DNA of 60,841 nucleotides, filler included. It is 4 parts of 4 records of this genome, joined end to end, with 100 filler letters (N's around TTAATTAATTAA, not from the genome) between each part and the next. Parts side by side here need not be neighbours in the genome. Positions count along the whole stretch, not along the records: positions 1 to 16,887 come from DRR723986_17197; 3 more parts are not named here. One strand, given 5' to 3'. Below the pieces are notes generated by a model. The model made no database searches. It worked only from the letters and a program-made list of their open reading frames with translations, and was not told the origin of the DNA. Positions 1 to 9,559 of this stretch are shown here, in pieces. The first letter of the stretch is position 1. Each line of letters begins with the position of its first letter. The position numbers and the translations under genes were made by a program.

Positions 1-1
1 A

Positions 2-21
2 GTAGGCACACTCCGTGTGCC
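2..21 (+). repeat. GTAG-type REP-like palindrome (copy 1)
   Basis: GTAG overlapping stem GGCACAC (5-11), loop TCC, GTGTGCC (15-21); at the contig start. Confidence 0.7.
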
Positions 22-57
22 GTTCAAGCGTGCCATCCAACCTGCCGCCCAAACAAA

Positions 58-80
58 GTAGTAAGCACGCTCCGCGTGCC
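58..80 (+). repeat. GTAG-type REP-like palindrome (copy 2)
   Basis: GTAGTAA then GCACGC-TCC-GCGTGC (65-79); same loop as copy 1, with a compensatory A:T to G:C change in the stem. Confidence 0.65.
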
Positions 81-311
81 GTCCGCATGTCAAACACCCC
101 CGATAACGAACCGTAACGCATTCAAAGTCTGCTTCCTGCCAAAGAACCGTTGATGCCAAATGACTTACGAAATCTGTCGGTTGCCTTCACGGGGACTCGG
201 CACAATTTCAGACTTTGTCGTACCCTGGGTTGGCTTCGCGTTTGCTAGGCATTAGATTCATTTCAAGCCAAGCGGCACGGGTACGAAGATTCTCGTAGAT
301 TGAATTTCGAA

Positions 312-1268
312 ATGGGCGATAGCGGAAAAGTAACCATCGATGGTGTTGAGCTGACGCTTGCATCCGAGATGAACAACGAAGCAGAGTGGATTGGCCAGCG
401 CGAGGTGCTTAAGCAGCTACTAGCCTGCTGGTTGGTCGTCGACGAGAGTGATTCGCCGCTAACACCACGTTTGGTCGGGGTTCCGGGCATCGGTAAGACG
501 GCACTTGCGATGAGCGCCGCGCGGCTACGCGAGCAAGATTTGTATGTCTTTCAATGCACCGCGGACACACGTCCGGAAGACTTGTTGGTGACTCCGGTGC
601 TCAGCAGCGGCGGTAACATCTCTTACCATGCGTCGCCACTAGTGACGGCGATGCTGAAAGGGGCGGTTTGCATTCTTGATGAAGGCAACCGCATGAACGA
701 AAAGTCATGGGCAAGCCTGGCGCCTTTGTTTGACCAACGACGTTACGTTGAGTCGATTGTTGCCGGGATTGTGATCAAGGCACATCCAGACTTTAGATGT
801 GCCGTGACCATGAACCAGGATGATTCGACCTACGAGATTCCGGACTACATCCTCAGTCGACTTCAGCCGACCTTGCAACTTGGATTCCCGAACCGACAAG
901 ACGAGTTGGCGATCCTGCAGTACCACCTGCCGTTTGCCGAGCCCGAAATGCTGGCCATGACCGTTGAGTTTCTGCAGCGGTCTCACGAGCTGAATCTTGA
1001 TTTTTCGGCCCGCGACGGACTCAACCTACTTCGTTTTGCGGTCAAGCGGATGGCGCAGGATCCGGAACATCCGGTCAGCAAGGATGACGCCTGGCGTGAG
1101 GCGCTTGAGAAATGCTTGGGAGAGGACGCGGTTAATCTCGATGCGCTGGCGAAGCGAAAGTCATCGGGCGGTCAGGGTGGTATGCCACTTGGTTTGGGAG
1201 ATTTCTTCTTCGACCCTGACGATCCGTTGCACCCAGACTTCGATGGCGACGACGATGACGACTCATGA
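312..1268 (+). CDS. MoxR/AAA_5-type AAA+ ATPase
   Basis: Walker A GVPGIGKT, Walker B ILDEGNR, HPDFR..TMN sensor region, LSRL Arg finger; acidic C-terminal tail; ATG at 312 preferred to TTG at 300; stop overlaps next start (ATGA). Confidence 0.85.
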   Translation: MGDSGKVTIDGVELTLASEMNNEAEWIGQREVLKQLLACWLVVDESDSPLTPRLVGVPGIGKTALAMSAARLREQDLYVFQCTADTRPEDLLVTPVLSSGGNISYHASPLVTAMLKGAVCILDEGNRMNEKSWASLAPLFDQRRYVESIVAGIVIKAHPDFRCAVTMNQDDSTYEIPDYILSRLQPTLQLGFPNRQDELAILQYHLPFAEPEMLAMTVEFLQRSHELNLDFSARDGLNLLRFAVKRMAQDPEHPVSKDDAWREALEKCLGEDAVNLDALAKRKSSGGQGGMPLGLGDFFFDPDDPLHPDFDGDDDDDS

Positions 1269-3247
1269 TTGAGCGTCACGACAGCGTGTCCTCCAGCCGT
1301 GTTGACTCGCTTGAGCATCGCCTGACAGTAGCACTCAAGGACGCTTGCAGGTTCCTTGACGCAGAGCGGACTCCTCTGGGACACTGGACCGGGGAGCTTT
1401 CAACGTCCGCACTTTCGACCGCGACGGCCGTTAGCGCGATTTCACAGGTTCTCCAGGCGCATCGCCAAGTTCCAAGTCTAAGCGAATCAGAAGTCGCCAG
1501 CCTGGAGCGGATCGTCCACGCCGGCTGTGCTTGGCTGCTTGAGCACCAGAACGCTGACGGTGGTTTTGGCGATACAAACAAGAGCCACTCAAACATCGCG
1601 ACAACCTTTCTGGTCTTAGCCGCTTGGAGGCTCGCGGGATTTTCCGATGCGGGGCAACCAAGCGATGTCGATTCCCCCGTTTGTGCAGCACAGCGGTATG
1701 TTGACGAACAAGGCAGTTGGGACGGACTGCGGCGTCGATATGGCAAGGACAAGACGTTTGTTGTTCCCATCCTCAGCAACTGTGCCCTGGCTGGGATGGT
1801 AGAGTGGAAGCGGGTGCCACACCTGCCCTTCGAAGCAGCATGGCTACCACAAAAGTACTATCGATTGGCTCGCATGCCAGTCGTCAGCTATGCGGTCCCA
1901 GCACTTGTCGCCATTGGACAGGCAACGTTCTTCCATAACACACCGTTCAATCCTTTGGTTCGTTGCGTCCGTACTGCGGCGAAGAAACCAACTCTCCGTG
2001 TGCTCGACGCGATGCAGCCTGACAGCGGTGGCTATCTAGAAGCAACGCCGCTTACGAGCTTCGTGCTGATGAATCTTGCCAGCATCGAACTCGCCAATCA
2101 CCCCGTTGCAAAGCGATGTTTGAGCTTTCTGGTGGATAGTGTCTTGGAAGATGGTAGTTGGCCGATCGACACAAACCTTGCCACTTGGGTGACCAGTCTC
2201 GGTACGCTCGCCCGCAGCAAAGCTCAAAAGGCCCTAGCGCTTGACGAGCCGAGATGCAGTGACGCTGGAGTCGAGACAACCGAGGCCAGGGAAGAGGTGT
2301 TGCCTGTTGGCGGTCTGGACTGGCTGCTGAGTTGCCAACACTTGACGCGGCATCCCTTCACTGGCGCTGATCCGGGCGGTTGGGGGTGGACCGATTTAAG
2401 TGGCGCTGTTCCCGATTCGGACGACACTCCCGGCGCCATTCTTGCACTCCTTAGTCTCGGGAGTTTGTCGACCCGGCCGATTTTGAATGATCGAAGATTG
2501 CGCGCGACCGCCCGAGGACTAAACTGGCTGGTGCGACTTCAGAATCGCGATGGCGGCATGCCGACTTTCTGCAAAGGCTGGGGGAAACTGCCCTTTGATA
2601 GAAGCGGGACCGACCTGACAGCACATGCCTTGAGAGCGATGAGAGCCGCGAGTGGTCAGCTCGATTCGATGCGACAGCTCGCGGAAGTCCCGACGGATCG
2701 GCAAATCCAGCGTTTCGTTGAGCGGAGCTTTCAATTTATCGCCAAACGCCAACTTGCCGACGGGTCCTGGCTACCACTGTGGTTTGGAAATCAAGATCGA
2801 GAAGATGAAGAGAACCCGGTTTACGGAACCAGCAAGGTACTCCTGGCTTACGCCTCCTACGGACTCAGCCGCAGTCGCGAGGCCCAGCGAGGCATCAAAT
2901 ACCTGAAGAAATGCCAGAACGCAGACGGCGGCTGGGGGGGCGGACCGAGCGTCCGTTACCTTACGAATTCGCCACAATCCTCCGACCTTACCAGCACGAT
3001 CGAAGAAACGGCACTTGCCATCGAGGCACTGTGTGAGTGTGGTGGTCAGCCAGCGACGGATGCAAGTATAATGCGAGGAGTCGAGTGGTTGATTGACCAT
3101 TCGACGCCGGAGGTCCTGGCGAATTCGCAACCGATCGGTTTCTACTTCGCAAAGCTCTGGTACCACGAACGACTTTACCCCGCGATCTTCAGCGTCGCCG
3201 CACTTGCGTCGGCATTGAGTCGATTATGCGCGCACGATGACGCTTGA
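1265..3247 (+). CDS. Squalene-hopene-cyclase-like class II terpene cyclase (divergent)
   Basis: Multiple QW repeats ([35 protein letters not shown]) and catalytic DxDD motif PDSDDT at about 2411-2428; 660 aa, two-domain size. Confidence 0.88.
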   Translation: MIERHDSVSSSRVDSLEHRLTVALKDACRFLDAERTPLGHWTGELSTSALSTATAVSAISQVLQAHRQVPSLSESEVASLERIVHAGCAWLLEHQNADGGFGDTNKSHSNIATTFLVLAAWRLAGFSDAGQPSDVDSPVCAAQRYVDEQGSWDGLRRRYGKDKTFVVPILSNCALAGMVEWKRVPHLPFEAAWLPQKYYRLARMPVVSYAVPALVAIGQATFFHNTPFNPLVRCVRTAAKKPTLRVLDAMQPDSGGYLEATPLTSFVLMNLASIELANHPVAKRCLSFLVDSVLEDGSWPIDTNLATWVTSLGTLARSKAQKALALDEPRCSDAGVETTEAREEVLPVGGLDWLLSCQHLTRHPFTGADPGGWGWTDLSGAVPDSDDTPGAILALLSLGSLSTRPILNDRRLRATARGLNWLVRLQNRDGGMPTFCKGWGKLPFDRSGTDLTAHALRAMRAASGQLDSMRQLAEVPTDRQIQRFVERSFQFIAKRQLADGSWLPLWFGNQDREDEENPVYGTSKVLLAYASYGLSRSREAQRGIKYLKKCQNADGGWGGGPSVRYLTNSPQSSDLTSTIEETALAIEALCECGGQPATDASIMRGVEWLIDHSTPEVLANSQPIGFYFAKLWYHERLYPAIFSVAALASALSRLCAHDDA

Positions 3248-3331
3248 TCGTTTCGCAAAAAACTCCATGCAGCAGTGATTCCGTCAAGCGCTGCTGGATT
3301 TTCATATACGTAGATTGTCAGGAGCGACAGC

Positions 3332-5251
3332 TTGTCCACTGTACCTACCCAGGCTGGCAAAAATGCCGCCGGCGAAAGTGATGCCGGGACCAACGGTGCG
3401 ACCAATGCCAAAGCGGAGGGAGAACAACCCAAACGCCGGAGCCGTCGTCGAAAGACAAGCCACCTTAAGCTGGTTCCGGAAACGCTTGAGCTGCGAGAGC
3501 GGTTAAAGCAACGATGTGCCGAAGTTGCGAGCAAGCTTGATAGATCGATTCCGATGACCAAGGATGAGATGGAATCGGTCTCTCGCCGCTTGCTCGACGA
3601 GGAGGGGCTGGGCGAGGGCTACGTTGGCTGGATCATGGTGATGCTCAGCGGGGAGTTCTATCGCGATCAAGTCGCTGCAACTGATCCGCGACGCCGACTC
3701 TTTCTCCTGCCACACTGCCTGAAGCACGCAGAAGGCTGCCCCGCAGACTATGACGAATTCGGCATGAACTGCCGCGAATGCGGAGCGTGTAGCATCGCCG
3801 ACTTCCGAACGCTGGCCGAAGACATGGGCTATCGAGTCCTAGTGGCCGAGGGCTCTCCGGTTGTGATGAAAATCATTGTTTCCGGTTACGTGGACGCGAT
3901 TGTCGGTGTCGCCTGTTTGAACGTGCTAGAGAAAGCGATCGACAAGATCCTGCTGGCCGGGATTCCCTGCATGGCCGTGCCGCTGCTATCGAGCGACTGC
4001 CGCAATACGAAGGTTGACGAGCACTGGGTGAGCGAGATGATCCGCACCGAGTCATCTGGCTCAACGCCGAAGACTCGCAGCTACGTCCACTTGCTCCGCG
4101 CGGCGAATGACCTATTCCAAGGTGAGACGTTTAAGCGCCTCGCCCCACGAACAAGAGCTTCTTCTGAGGAAGCTGTCGATCCTGCCGACGACACGGATCT
4201 GATCAGCGGCATTGATCCGATTGCTTCCACCGAAACGCTTGCTCTCGACTTTGCGGCTCGCGGAGGCAAGTACTCACGTCCGTTCATTACGCTGGCTACC
4301 TACGACGCCCTCAGCGGTGGACAGGCAACGGCAGAGAATGGCGACGAAGTGACCTCATCCTACTCCGATGCTGTCCTCCGTTCGGCCATGAGCATCGAGA
4401 TGTTCCACAAGGCCAGCTTGGTCCACGACGATATCGAAGACGACGATCAGTATCGTTACGGCCAACAAACCATGCACCGCAAGTACGGACTTGCGACGGC
4501 GATTAATGTGGGCGACTACATGATTGGTCTGGGATACCGCTTGGTCAGCCGTCACACTGGCGACCTCGGCGCGGACTGTGCTGCTGACATTATGGATTGC
4601 CTGGCCAACGCCCACACCCGATTGGCCGAAGGGCAAGGGGCTGAACTGCTCTGGCGAGACCGTGGCGACCGAGCGCTGACACCGCTGGATGCACTTAAGA
4701 TCTACGCTCTCAAGACGTCACCAGCGTTCGAGGCGGCTCTGTTGACCGGCGCACGCTTGGCTGGCGAGATCGACACTCTGCAAGGGCCACTTCGCGCATA
4801 CGCCCGCAACATTGGAGTCGCTTTCCAGATACTTAACGACCTGGGCGACTGGGATGGTGATGATCACAATAAGCTCTCCGCTGGTGGCGACGTTCTCGGT
4901 GGTCGACCCACACTCCTTTGGGCCCTAGCTTTGCACTCCCTTGCACCCGAGCAGCGGCAGGAGCTGCTCGATTTGGCGGATGACAATACACAGCCAGCAA
5001 GTGAGAAGATTCGCAAGGTACGCAAGCTCTACGAAGCGGCTGGGGCATTCGAGCAAGCTCGACGATTGGTCGACAAACACGAAGCACGTGCACTCGAGGC
5101 CGCCGCCGAAATCGAATCGCCTGCCATGCAGCGATTGCTGATGTACTTGGTCGACACGGTTCTCGAGCGCAGTGAGCCGGCGAGTCCAACGGTGGTGTCT
5201 GTGTCCGGCGTGGGAAGCTTGCCCATCGTTGCCGGCAACAAGACCGCTTAG
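3332..5251 (+). CDS. Fusion of a Cys-rich DUF116-like domain and a trans-polyprenyl diphosphate synthase
   Basis: N-terminal part LPHCL..C..CRECGAC..GVAC..DC; C-terminal part GGKYSRP, FARM HDDIEDDD-RYG, GQGAEL, KTS, SARM-variant FQILNDLGD; start codon uncertain (TTG). Confidence 0.85.
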   Translation: MSTVPTQAGKNAAGESDAGTNGATNAKAEGEQPKRRSRRRKTSHLKLVPETLELRERLKQRCAEVASKLDRSIPMTKDEMESVSRRLLDEEGLGEGYVGWIMVMLSGEFYRDQVAATDPRRRLFLLPHCLKHAEGCPADYDEFGMNCRECGACSIADFRTLAEDMGYRVLVAEGSPVVMKIIVSGYVDAIVGVACLNVLEKAIDKILLAGIPCMAVPLLSSDCRNTKVDEHWVSEMIRTESSGSTPKTRSYVHLLRAANDLFQGETFKRLAPRTRASSEEAVDPADDTDLISGIDPIASTETLALDFAARGGKYSRPFITLATYDALSGGQATAENGDEVTSSYSDAVLRSAMSIEMFHKASLVHDDIEDDDQYRYGQQTMHRKYGLATAINVGDYMIGLGYRLVSRHTGDLGADCAADIMDCLANAHTRLAEGQGAELLWRDRGDRALTPLDALKIYALKTSPAFEAALLTGARLAGEIDTLQGPLRAYARNIGVAFQILNDLGDWDGDDHNKLSAGGDVLGGRPTLLWALALHSLAPEQRQELLDLADDNTQPASEKIRKVRKLYEAAGAFEQARRLVDKHEARALEAAAEIESPAMQRLLMYLVDTVLERSEPASPTVVSVSGVGSLPIVAGNKTA

Positions 5252-5289
5252 CAGCGAATCATTTTCTCCGATTTCCCTTAGCGGTTTCC

Positions 5290-5850
5290 GTGATGAACGA
5301 AAAGCAGCAAGCAGTCGAGCTGGATCTTCTGTTGTCACTCTTCTATGACGATGCATCAGAGCTGGCAAGCTTCACCGCTCGCAATGCGGAAGACTGCCCA
5401 GACGCTTACCGTGAATTACTTGCCCACGAAGCCCACATGACCGTCACGGTCGAGCGCCGCCACGGCTGCGAGGTCGACGTTGAAGTAGTTAGATCCCGCA
5501 CTGAGGGCCAACACTACCTTCGCGAGATTCTGCTGCGACGAAAATCAGATCGACGCGTTGTTCAGTATGGAATCGTCCGCCTAGCACTCGATACTCTGGA
5601 GCCAGTTGTACGAGATGAGATCCTTTCGGGGGAAATACCCCTAGGCCGCGTCTTGATCAATCACGATGTACTCCGCGATGTCCAGTTGCAAGGACTCTGG
5701 CAAACCACCATCGGTCCCGCCTTGGCTTCCTTGATGGAGATTCCCGCGGAAGGCGACACGTACGGCCGAACCGCGCTCATTTTCTGCAACGGTCGCCCAG
5801 GGGTTGAGCTACTGGAGGTCGTTGCGCCGGAGAGCAGCTTCGACGGTTGA
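5290..5850 (+). CDS. Chorismate-lyase (UbiC/UTRA)-fold protein, putative 4-hydroxybenzoate synthase-like
   Basis: MTVTVE..YLREILL..VVQYGIVR..EIPLGRVL..YGRT..ELLEV pattern resembles the UbiC/DUF98 motifs (T..LE, REV.L, PLG..L, R.S, E.F). Confidence 0.6.
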   Translation: MMNEKQQAVELDLLLSLFYDDASELASFTARNAEDCPDAYRELLAHEAHMTVTVERRHGCEVDVEVVRSRTEGQHYLREILLRRKSDRRVVQYGIVRLALDTLEPVVRDEILSGEIPLGRVLINHDVLRDVQLQGLWQTTIGPALASLMEIPAEGDTYGRTALIFCNGRPGVELLEVVAPESSFDG

Positions 5851-5916
5851 TCGCTCGCCATACTAACAACAGCGGGCTGCCTATCATTTCCCCACACCAG
5901 ATGCCTGAGGCGACAG

Positions 5917-6978
5917 TTGGCTGAGATCCCTGCCATTGAGACGGTCGGATTGACAAAGCGTTTCGGTGATTTCACGTCGCTGCTGGACTGTGATCTGACG
6001 ATTCGCCAAGGGCAAATATTTGGTCTACTTGGGCCGAATGGAGCTGGAAAATCGACTCTAATTCGCCTGATCGTCGGCATGTTAACGCCAACTGCCGGGA
6101 CAGGAACGGTTCTCGGCGCGGATATCGTTACTCAGTCACTCTTGGTGAAAAACCGAACTGCCTATCTGCCAGGCGATGCACGGCTTTACAAAGCGATGCG
6201 AGGTCGTCAAGTTACTGAGCTGTTTGCCGGGCTGCGTGGACTGCCCGATTCCAAGCGATCGAATGCGATCGCAGACGCCCTTGAACTCGATCTGTCGCGA
6301 CGCGTCGGCTTGATGTCGACTGGTATGAAACAGAAGCTCGCAATTGCAATAACTCTTGGCAGCAACGCGCCGGTTATGATCTTGGATGAACCCACGGCAA
6401 ATCTAGATCCCGAAATACGACGTGAGACTCTCAATCAAGTTGTTCGGGCACGAGATGAAGGAAGCACCATCCTCCTTTCGTCACATCTGTTTAGCGACAT
6501 TGACGGCACCTGCGATGAAGTGGCGGTGCTGAGAGCTGGGCAGATCATCGCGCGTGAACAACTTCGCGGCGACAACACGACCCGCGTGGTTAACTTCACA
6601 GCCAAGTCCGAAGGCGCGATCACTAAATTGATCGAGTTGTGCGGCTTCGATTCCGCCGGTTCGGCAATTAAAGAGTCGGCTGATGCGTTACCTGACAACT
6701 CTTCTGGTACACAGTCTCGAGAGTTGACTCTCGCCCCGAGCGTTACGGGCATTGTGCGAGCCGAGGAAAATGGCCGACTTCGCGTCACTCTCTACTGTGA
6801 ATCGGAAAGCTACCGCGTCGTTCAGTCGATTTGCCAATTAGGTGAAGATGGAACGATCGATGAATTGAGCGTTCGGACCGTAGGCGTCGAAGCGATCTAC
6901 GATCGTGCAATCCAGGCCGCTGTCCTGTCTGATAGCTCAGACGTCATCGACACCCCGAGCTCGGCGGCAGCACAATGA
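5917..6978 (+). CDS. ABC-2-type exporter ATP-binding protein
   Basis: GPNGAGKS, signature variant MSTGMKQK, ILDEPT, SSH switch. Confidence 0.9.
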   Translation: MAEIPAIETVGLTKRFGDFTSLLDCDLTIRQGQIFGLLGPNGAGKSTLIRLIVGMLTPTAGTGTVLGADIVTQSLLVKNRTAYLPGDARLYKAMRGRQVTELFAGLRGLPDSKRSNAIADALELDLSRRVGLMSTGMKQKLAIAITLGSNAPVMILDEPTANLDPEIRRETLNQVVRARDEGSTILLSSHLFSDIDGTCDEVAVLRAGQIIAREQLRGDNTTRVVNFTAKSEGAITKLIELCGFDSAGSAIKESADALPDNSSGTQSRELTLAPSVTGIVRAEENGRLRVTLYCESESYRVVQSICQLGEDGTIDELSVRTVGVEAIYDRAIQAAVLSDSSDVIDTPSSAAAQ

Positions 6979-7943
6979 CGCGACTCCTTGTTCAGAAGTT
7001 CATTCTCGAATCCAGGTGGTTGCTCGTTGGATGCACTGCCTTGATTTCAACGTTCTTCCTTGCCCGCATTTGGGTTCTCTGCCAGTTTGACCTGGAGCAG
7101 TTTAGGCCGCTTGTTGATCAACTAGATGCATTTAAGCAGTTCCTGCCGTTCCCACTTGAGCAAGTCCTGACTTATCCTGGCAGCCTAGCCGTTTCGTTCA
7201 ATGATCCGGTCGTGATCCTATCAGTACTCGTGTGGTCTGTGGCTCGCGGCACCGACGTGGTCGCTGGGGAACTTGGGCGGGGAACGCTGGAAATACTGCT
7301 AACCCAGCCGGTATCACGCTTACGATTGGTGCTTGTGCATTGGTTGATGTCTGTTCTAGGCCTTGCGATCATCTGCTTCGCTGCGTGGCTGAGTATTTTC
7401 GTGGCCGTGGAAATGAACAGCGTCACTGAAACAGTCAGCAGCTCGGCGACCGTCCGACTTCCACTGATCCCGCTGAACATTCCGATACCGCTGGGCGAGA
7501 CAAGCGAAATTGAAGTTCCGCTTGCCGATAAAGTGGATGCCTACCACTTCATTCAACCTTGCTTGAACCTATTCGGTTTCGGATTCATTGTGCTGTCCGC
7601 AAGTGTTTTCTTCAGTTGCATTGAGCGATTCAGGTGGCGAGCCATCGGGCTGACACTCAGCCTTTACATCGTTCAACTGTTAATTTTCATGCTCAGTCGC
7701 ATTGGTGAAGCGACCAACTGGCTTGGCAACTTGAGCATCCTTGGGTATTACCAACCAGACTGGATCGCTTGGCGTTCTGGGCGAGAGGGTGTATCGTGGA
7801 ATCTTGTTACCGAGACGACGTCGGCCTGGCCCAATTCGATGAGTCCGGTTGTGATGATAGCGACGCTCGTCGTGGTGGGATGTTTGCTCGCGGCATCCGG
7901 AATATTCCTGTTCAAGCGCCGCGACTTACCGGCTCCGTTGTAG
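6975..7943 (+). CDS. ABC-2-type exporter permease
   Basis: Multiple TM segments, AGELGRGTLEILLTQPVSR motif, C-terminal FKRRDL; ATGA overlap with the ATPase. Confidence 0.88.
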   Translation: MTRLLVQKFILESRWLLVGCTALISTFFLARIWVLCQFDLEQFRPLVDQLDAFKQFLPFPLEQVLTYPGSLAVSFNDPVVILSVLVWSVARGTDVVAGELGRGTLEILLTQPVSRLRLVLVHWLMSVLGLAIICFAAWLSIFVAVEMNSVTETVSSSATVRLPLIPLNIPIPLGETSEIEVPLADKVDAYHFIQPCLNLFGFGFIVLSASVFFSCIERFRWRAIGLTLSLYIVQLLIFMLSRIGEATNWLGNLSILGYYQPDWIAWRSGREGVSWNLVTETTSAWPNSMSPVVMIATLVVVGCLLAASGIFLFKRRDLPAPL

Positions 7944-8075
7944 TCTTGTGCCTGGATATCACTCAAATCCCAACGTGTAGGGAGTGAGGTTCCAGCCTTC
8001 GGCGGCGTCCGACAGTTCGTATAGTTCGCCCGCTGTTTCCAATCCATCAAAACCACCTTCGAAAAGTTTAGAACC

Positions 8076-8525
8076 ATGAAGGGCACGTACGGCATCATTG
8101 CTGCAATTTGTTTCTTTGCGGCATCTGGATGTTCCAGCCAACTTGAGACCTATCCCGTGAAGGGGATGGTGGAGTTTGAAAACGGGCGACCAGTTGTGCT
8201 GGGCACGGTCGAATTCTTGTCGTTGGATCACAAACTGAACGCCAGCGGCACTATTCAGGAAGACGGTACGTTTGAGCTAACGACGTTTGAAGAGGGCGAC
8301 GGTGCAGTCGCAGGAAAGCACAAGTGTGTGGTCATTCAAATGGTGATTGGAGAAGACATCACTCGGAGTCATCGAGCAAGTACCGTTGGCGTAGTGGATC
8401 CGCGCTATGGTTCCTACGACACCTCTGGTTTAGACGCCACCATTACCGAAGGCAAGAACGAAGTAAAACTCATCGTCCGCGGCATGAAACGCCAACCCGC
8501 CCCTGGTGAATCACACTCCCACTGA
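8076..8525 (+). CDS. Planctomycete-type lipoprotein (carboxypeptidase-regulatory-like beta domain)
   Basis: Lipobox ASGC; YPVKG.V, G.I..DG.F.L.T..GDGAV.G.HK, P.Y....SGL pattern typical of planctomycete lipoproteins. Confidence 0.75.
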   Translation: MKGTYGIIAAICFFAASGCSSQLETYPVKGMVEFENGRPVVLGTVEFLSLDHKLNASGTIQEDGTFELTTFEEGDGAVAGKHKCVVIQMVIGEDITRSHRASTVGVVDPRYGSYDTSGLDATITEGKNEVKLIVRGMKRQPAPGESHSH

Positions 8526-8572
8526 GGTCATCATTTTCCGAATGGTATCGACATCGTTGCCGAATCGAATCG

Positions 8573-9496
8573 TTACGGAATGAAGTTCTTGAGGTAGCGG
8601 TAGCTTTGTCGAAGGGAGTCTTTCCTGGATTCAAGGGAACCTTCGTAGGCTCTATCTTCAACTTCGACGCAGACTGCTCCGGTGTATCCGTTATCAAGTA
8701 ACACCGAGAAGAACTTGCCCCAATTCACTTCGCCCAGGCCAGGCAACTTGGGCGTGTGATACTCCAGCGGATGTGCCAAGATCCCCACGTCGTTCAGCTT
8801 CTCACGGTCTAGCCGAACGTCTTTTGCATGAGCATGAAAGATCCTGTCCGAGAAATCTCGGAGAGGTGCGAGGTAGTCCATTTGCTGCCAAACAAGATGC
8901 GATGGGTCGTAGTTCAGGCCAACGTTCACGGACCCCAGGTCATTGAACAGACGTCTCCAAATCTTTGGTGAAGTGGCAATGTTCTTGCCGCCCGGCCATT
9001 CATCTTCACTGAATAGCATTGGGCAATTTTCAATACCGAGTTTCAGGTCGAGCGAATCAACTTTCTCCACAATCGGACGCCATGAATCCAACAGACGCGG
9101 CCAGTTGTCTTCGACGCTCTTTGTGAAATCGCGACCGATGAAAGTATTCAGATTGGCGACACCGAGCGCCTTTGCAGAGTCGCATAGCCGCAATAGATGC
9201 TCTCGCGCGATTCTGGCCTCTTCAGCTACTGGTGAGAGTGGGTTAGGGTAGTAGCCCAACGCGCTAATCGCTACACCGGTGTCGGCTACAGTTTTCTGAA
9301 TTCCGGCCAACCCCTTTTCATCGAGTTTGTCTGCATCGATGTGCGTTACACCTGCGTAGCGTCGTTCGGCCTTGCTTGGCGGCCAACACATAACTTCGAC
9401 GCAATCAAATCCGACTTCAGCGGCAAAGGTGAAAAGCTCGTCAAAACTGAGCTCAGGAAGGATAGCGCTTGCAAATCCAAGTTGAATCACTGACAT
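8573..9496 (-). CDS. Sugar phosphate isomerase/epimerase (AP-endonuclease-2 TIM barrel)
   Basis: [26 protein letters not shown] and VEVED metal-binding motifs. Confidence 0.85.
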   Translation of the reverse strand: MSVIQLGFASAILPELSFDELFTFAAEVGFDCVEVMCWPPSKAERRYAGVTHIDADKLDEKGLAGIQKTVADTGVAISALGYYPNPLSPVAEEARIAREHLLRLCDSAKALGVANLNTFIGRDFTKSVEDNWPRLLDSWRPIVEKVDSLDLKLGIENCPMLFSEDEWPGGKNIATSPKIWRRLFNDLGSVNVGLNYDPSHLVWQQMDYLAPLRDFSDRIFHAHAKDVRLDREKLNDVGILAHPLEYHTPKLPGLGEVNWGKFFSVLLDNGYTGAVCVEVEDRAYEGSLESRKDSLRQSYRYLKNFIP

Positions 9497-9559
9497 CTCC
9501 GATGCGGGTTCTCGAGTATCGCGTCTCTTGGCACGTGCAGCCTAGCTGTGCCAGAAGAC

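Noticed and set aside
1-90. CRISPR array at window start
   Set aside because: Only two imperfect palindromic units and no cas genes; the GTAG-hairpin form fits REP elements better.
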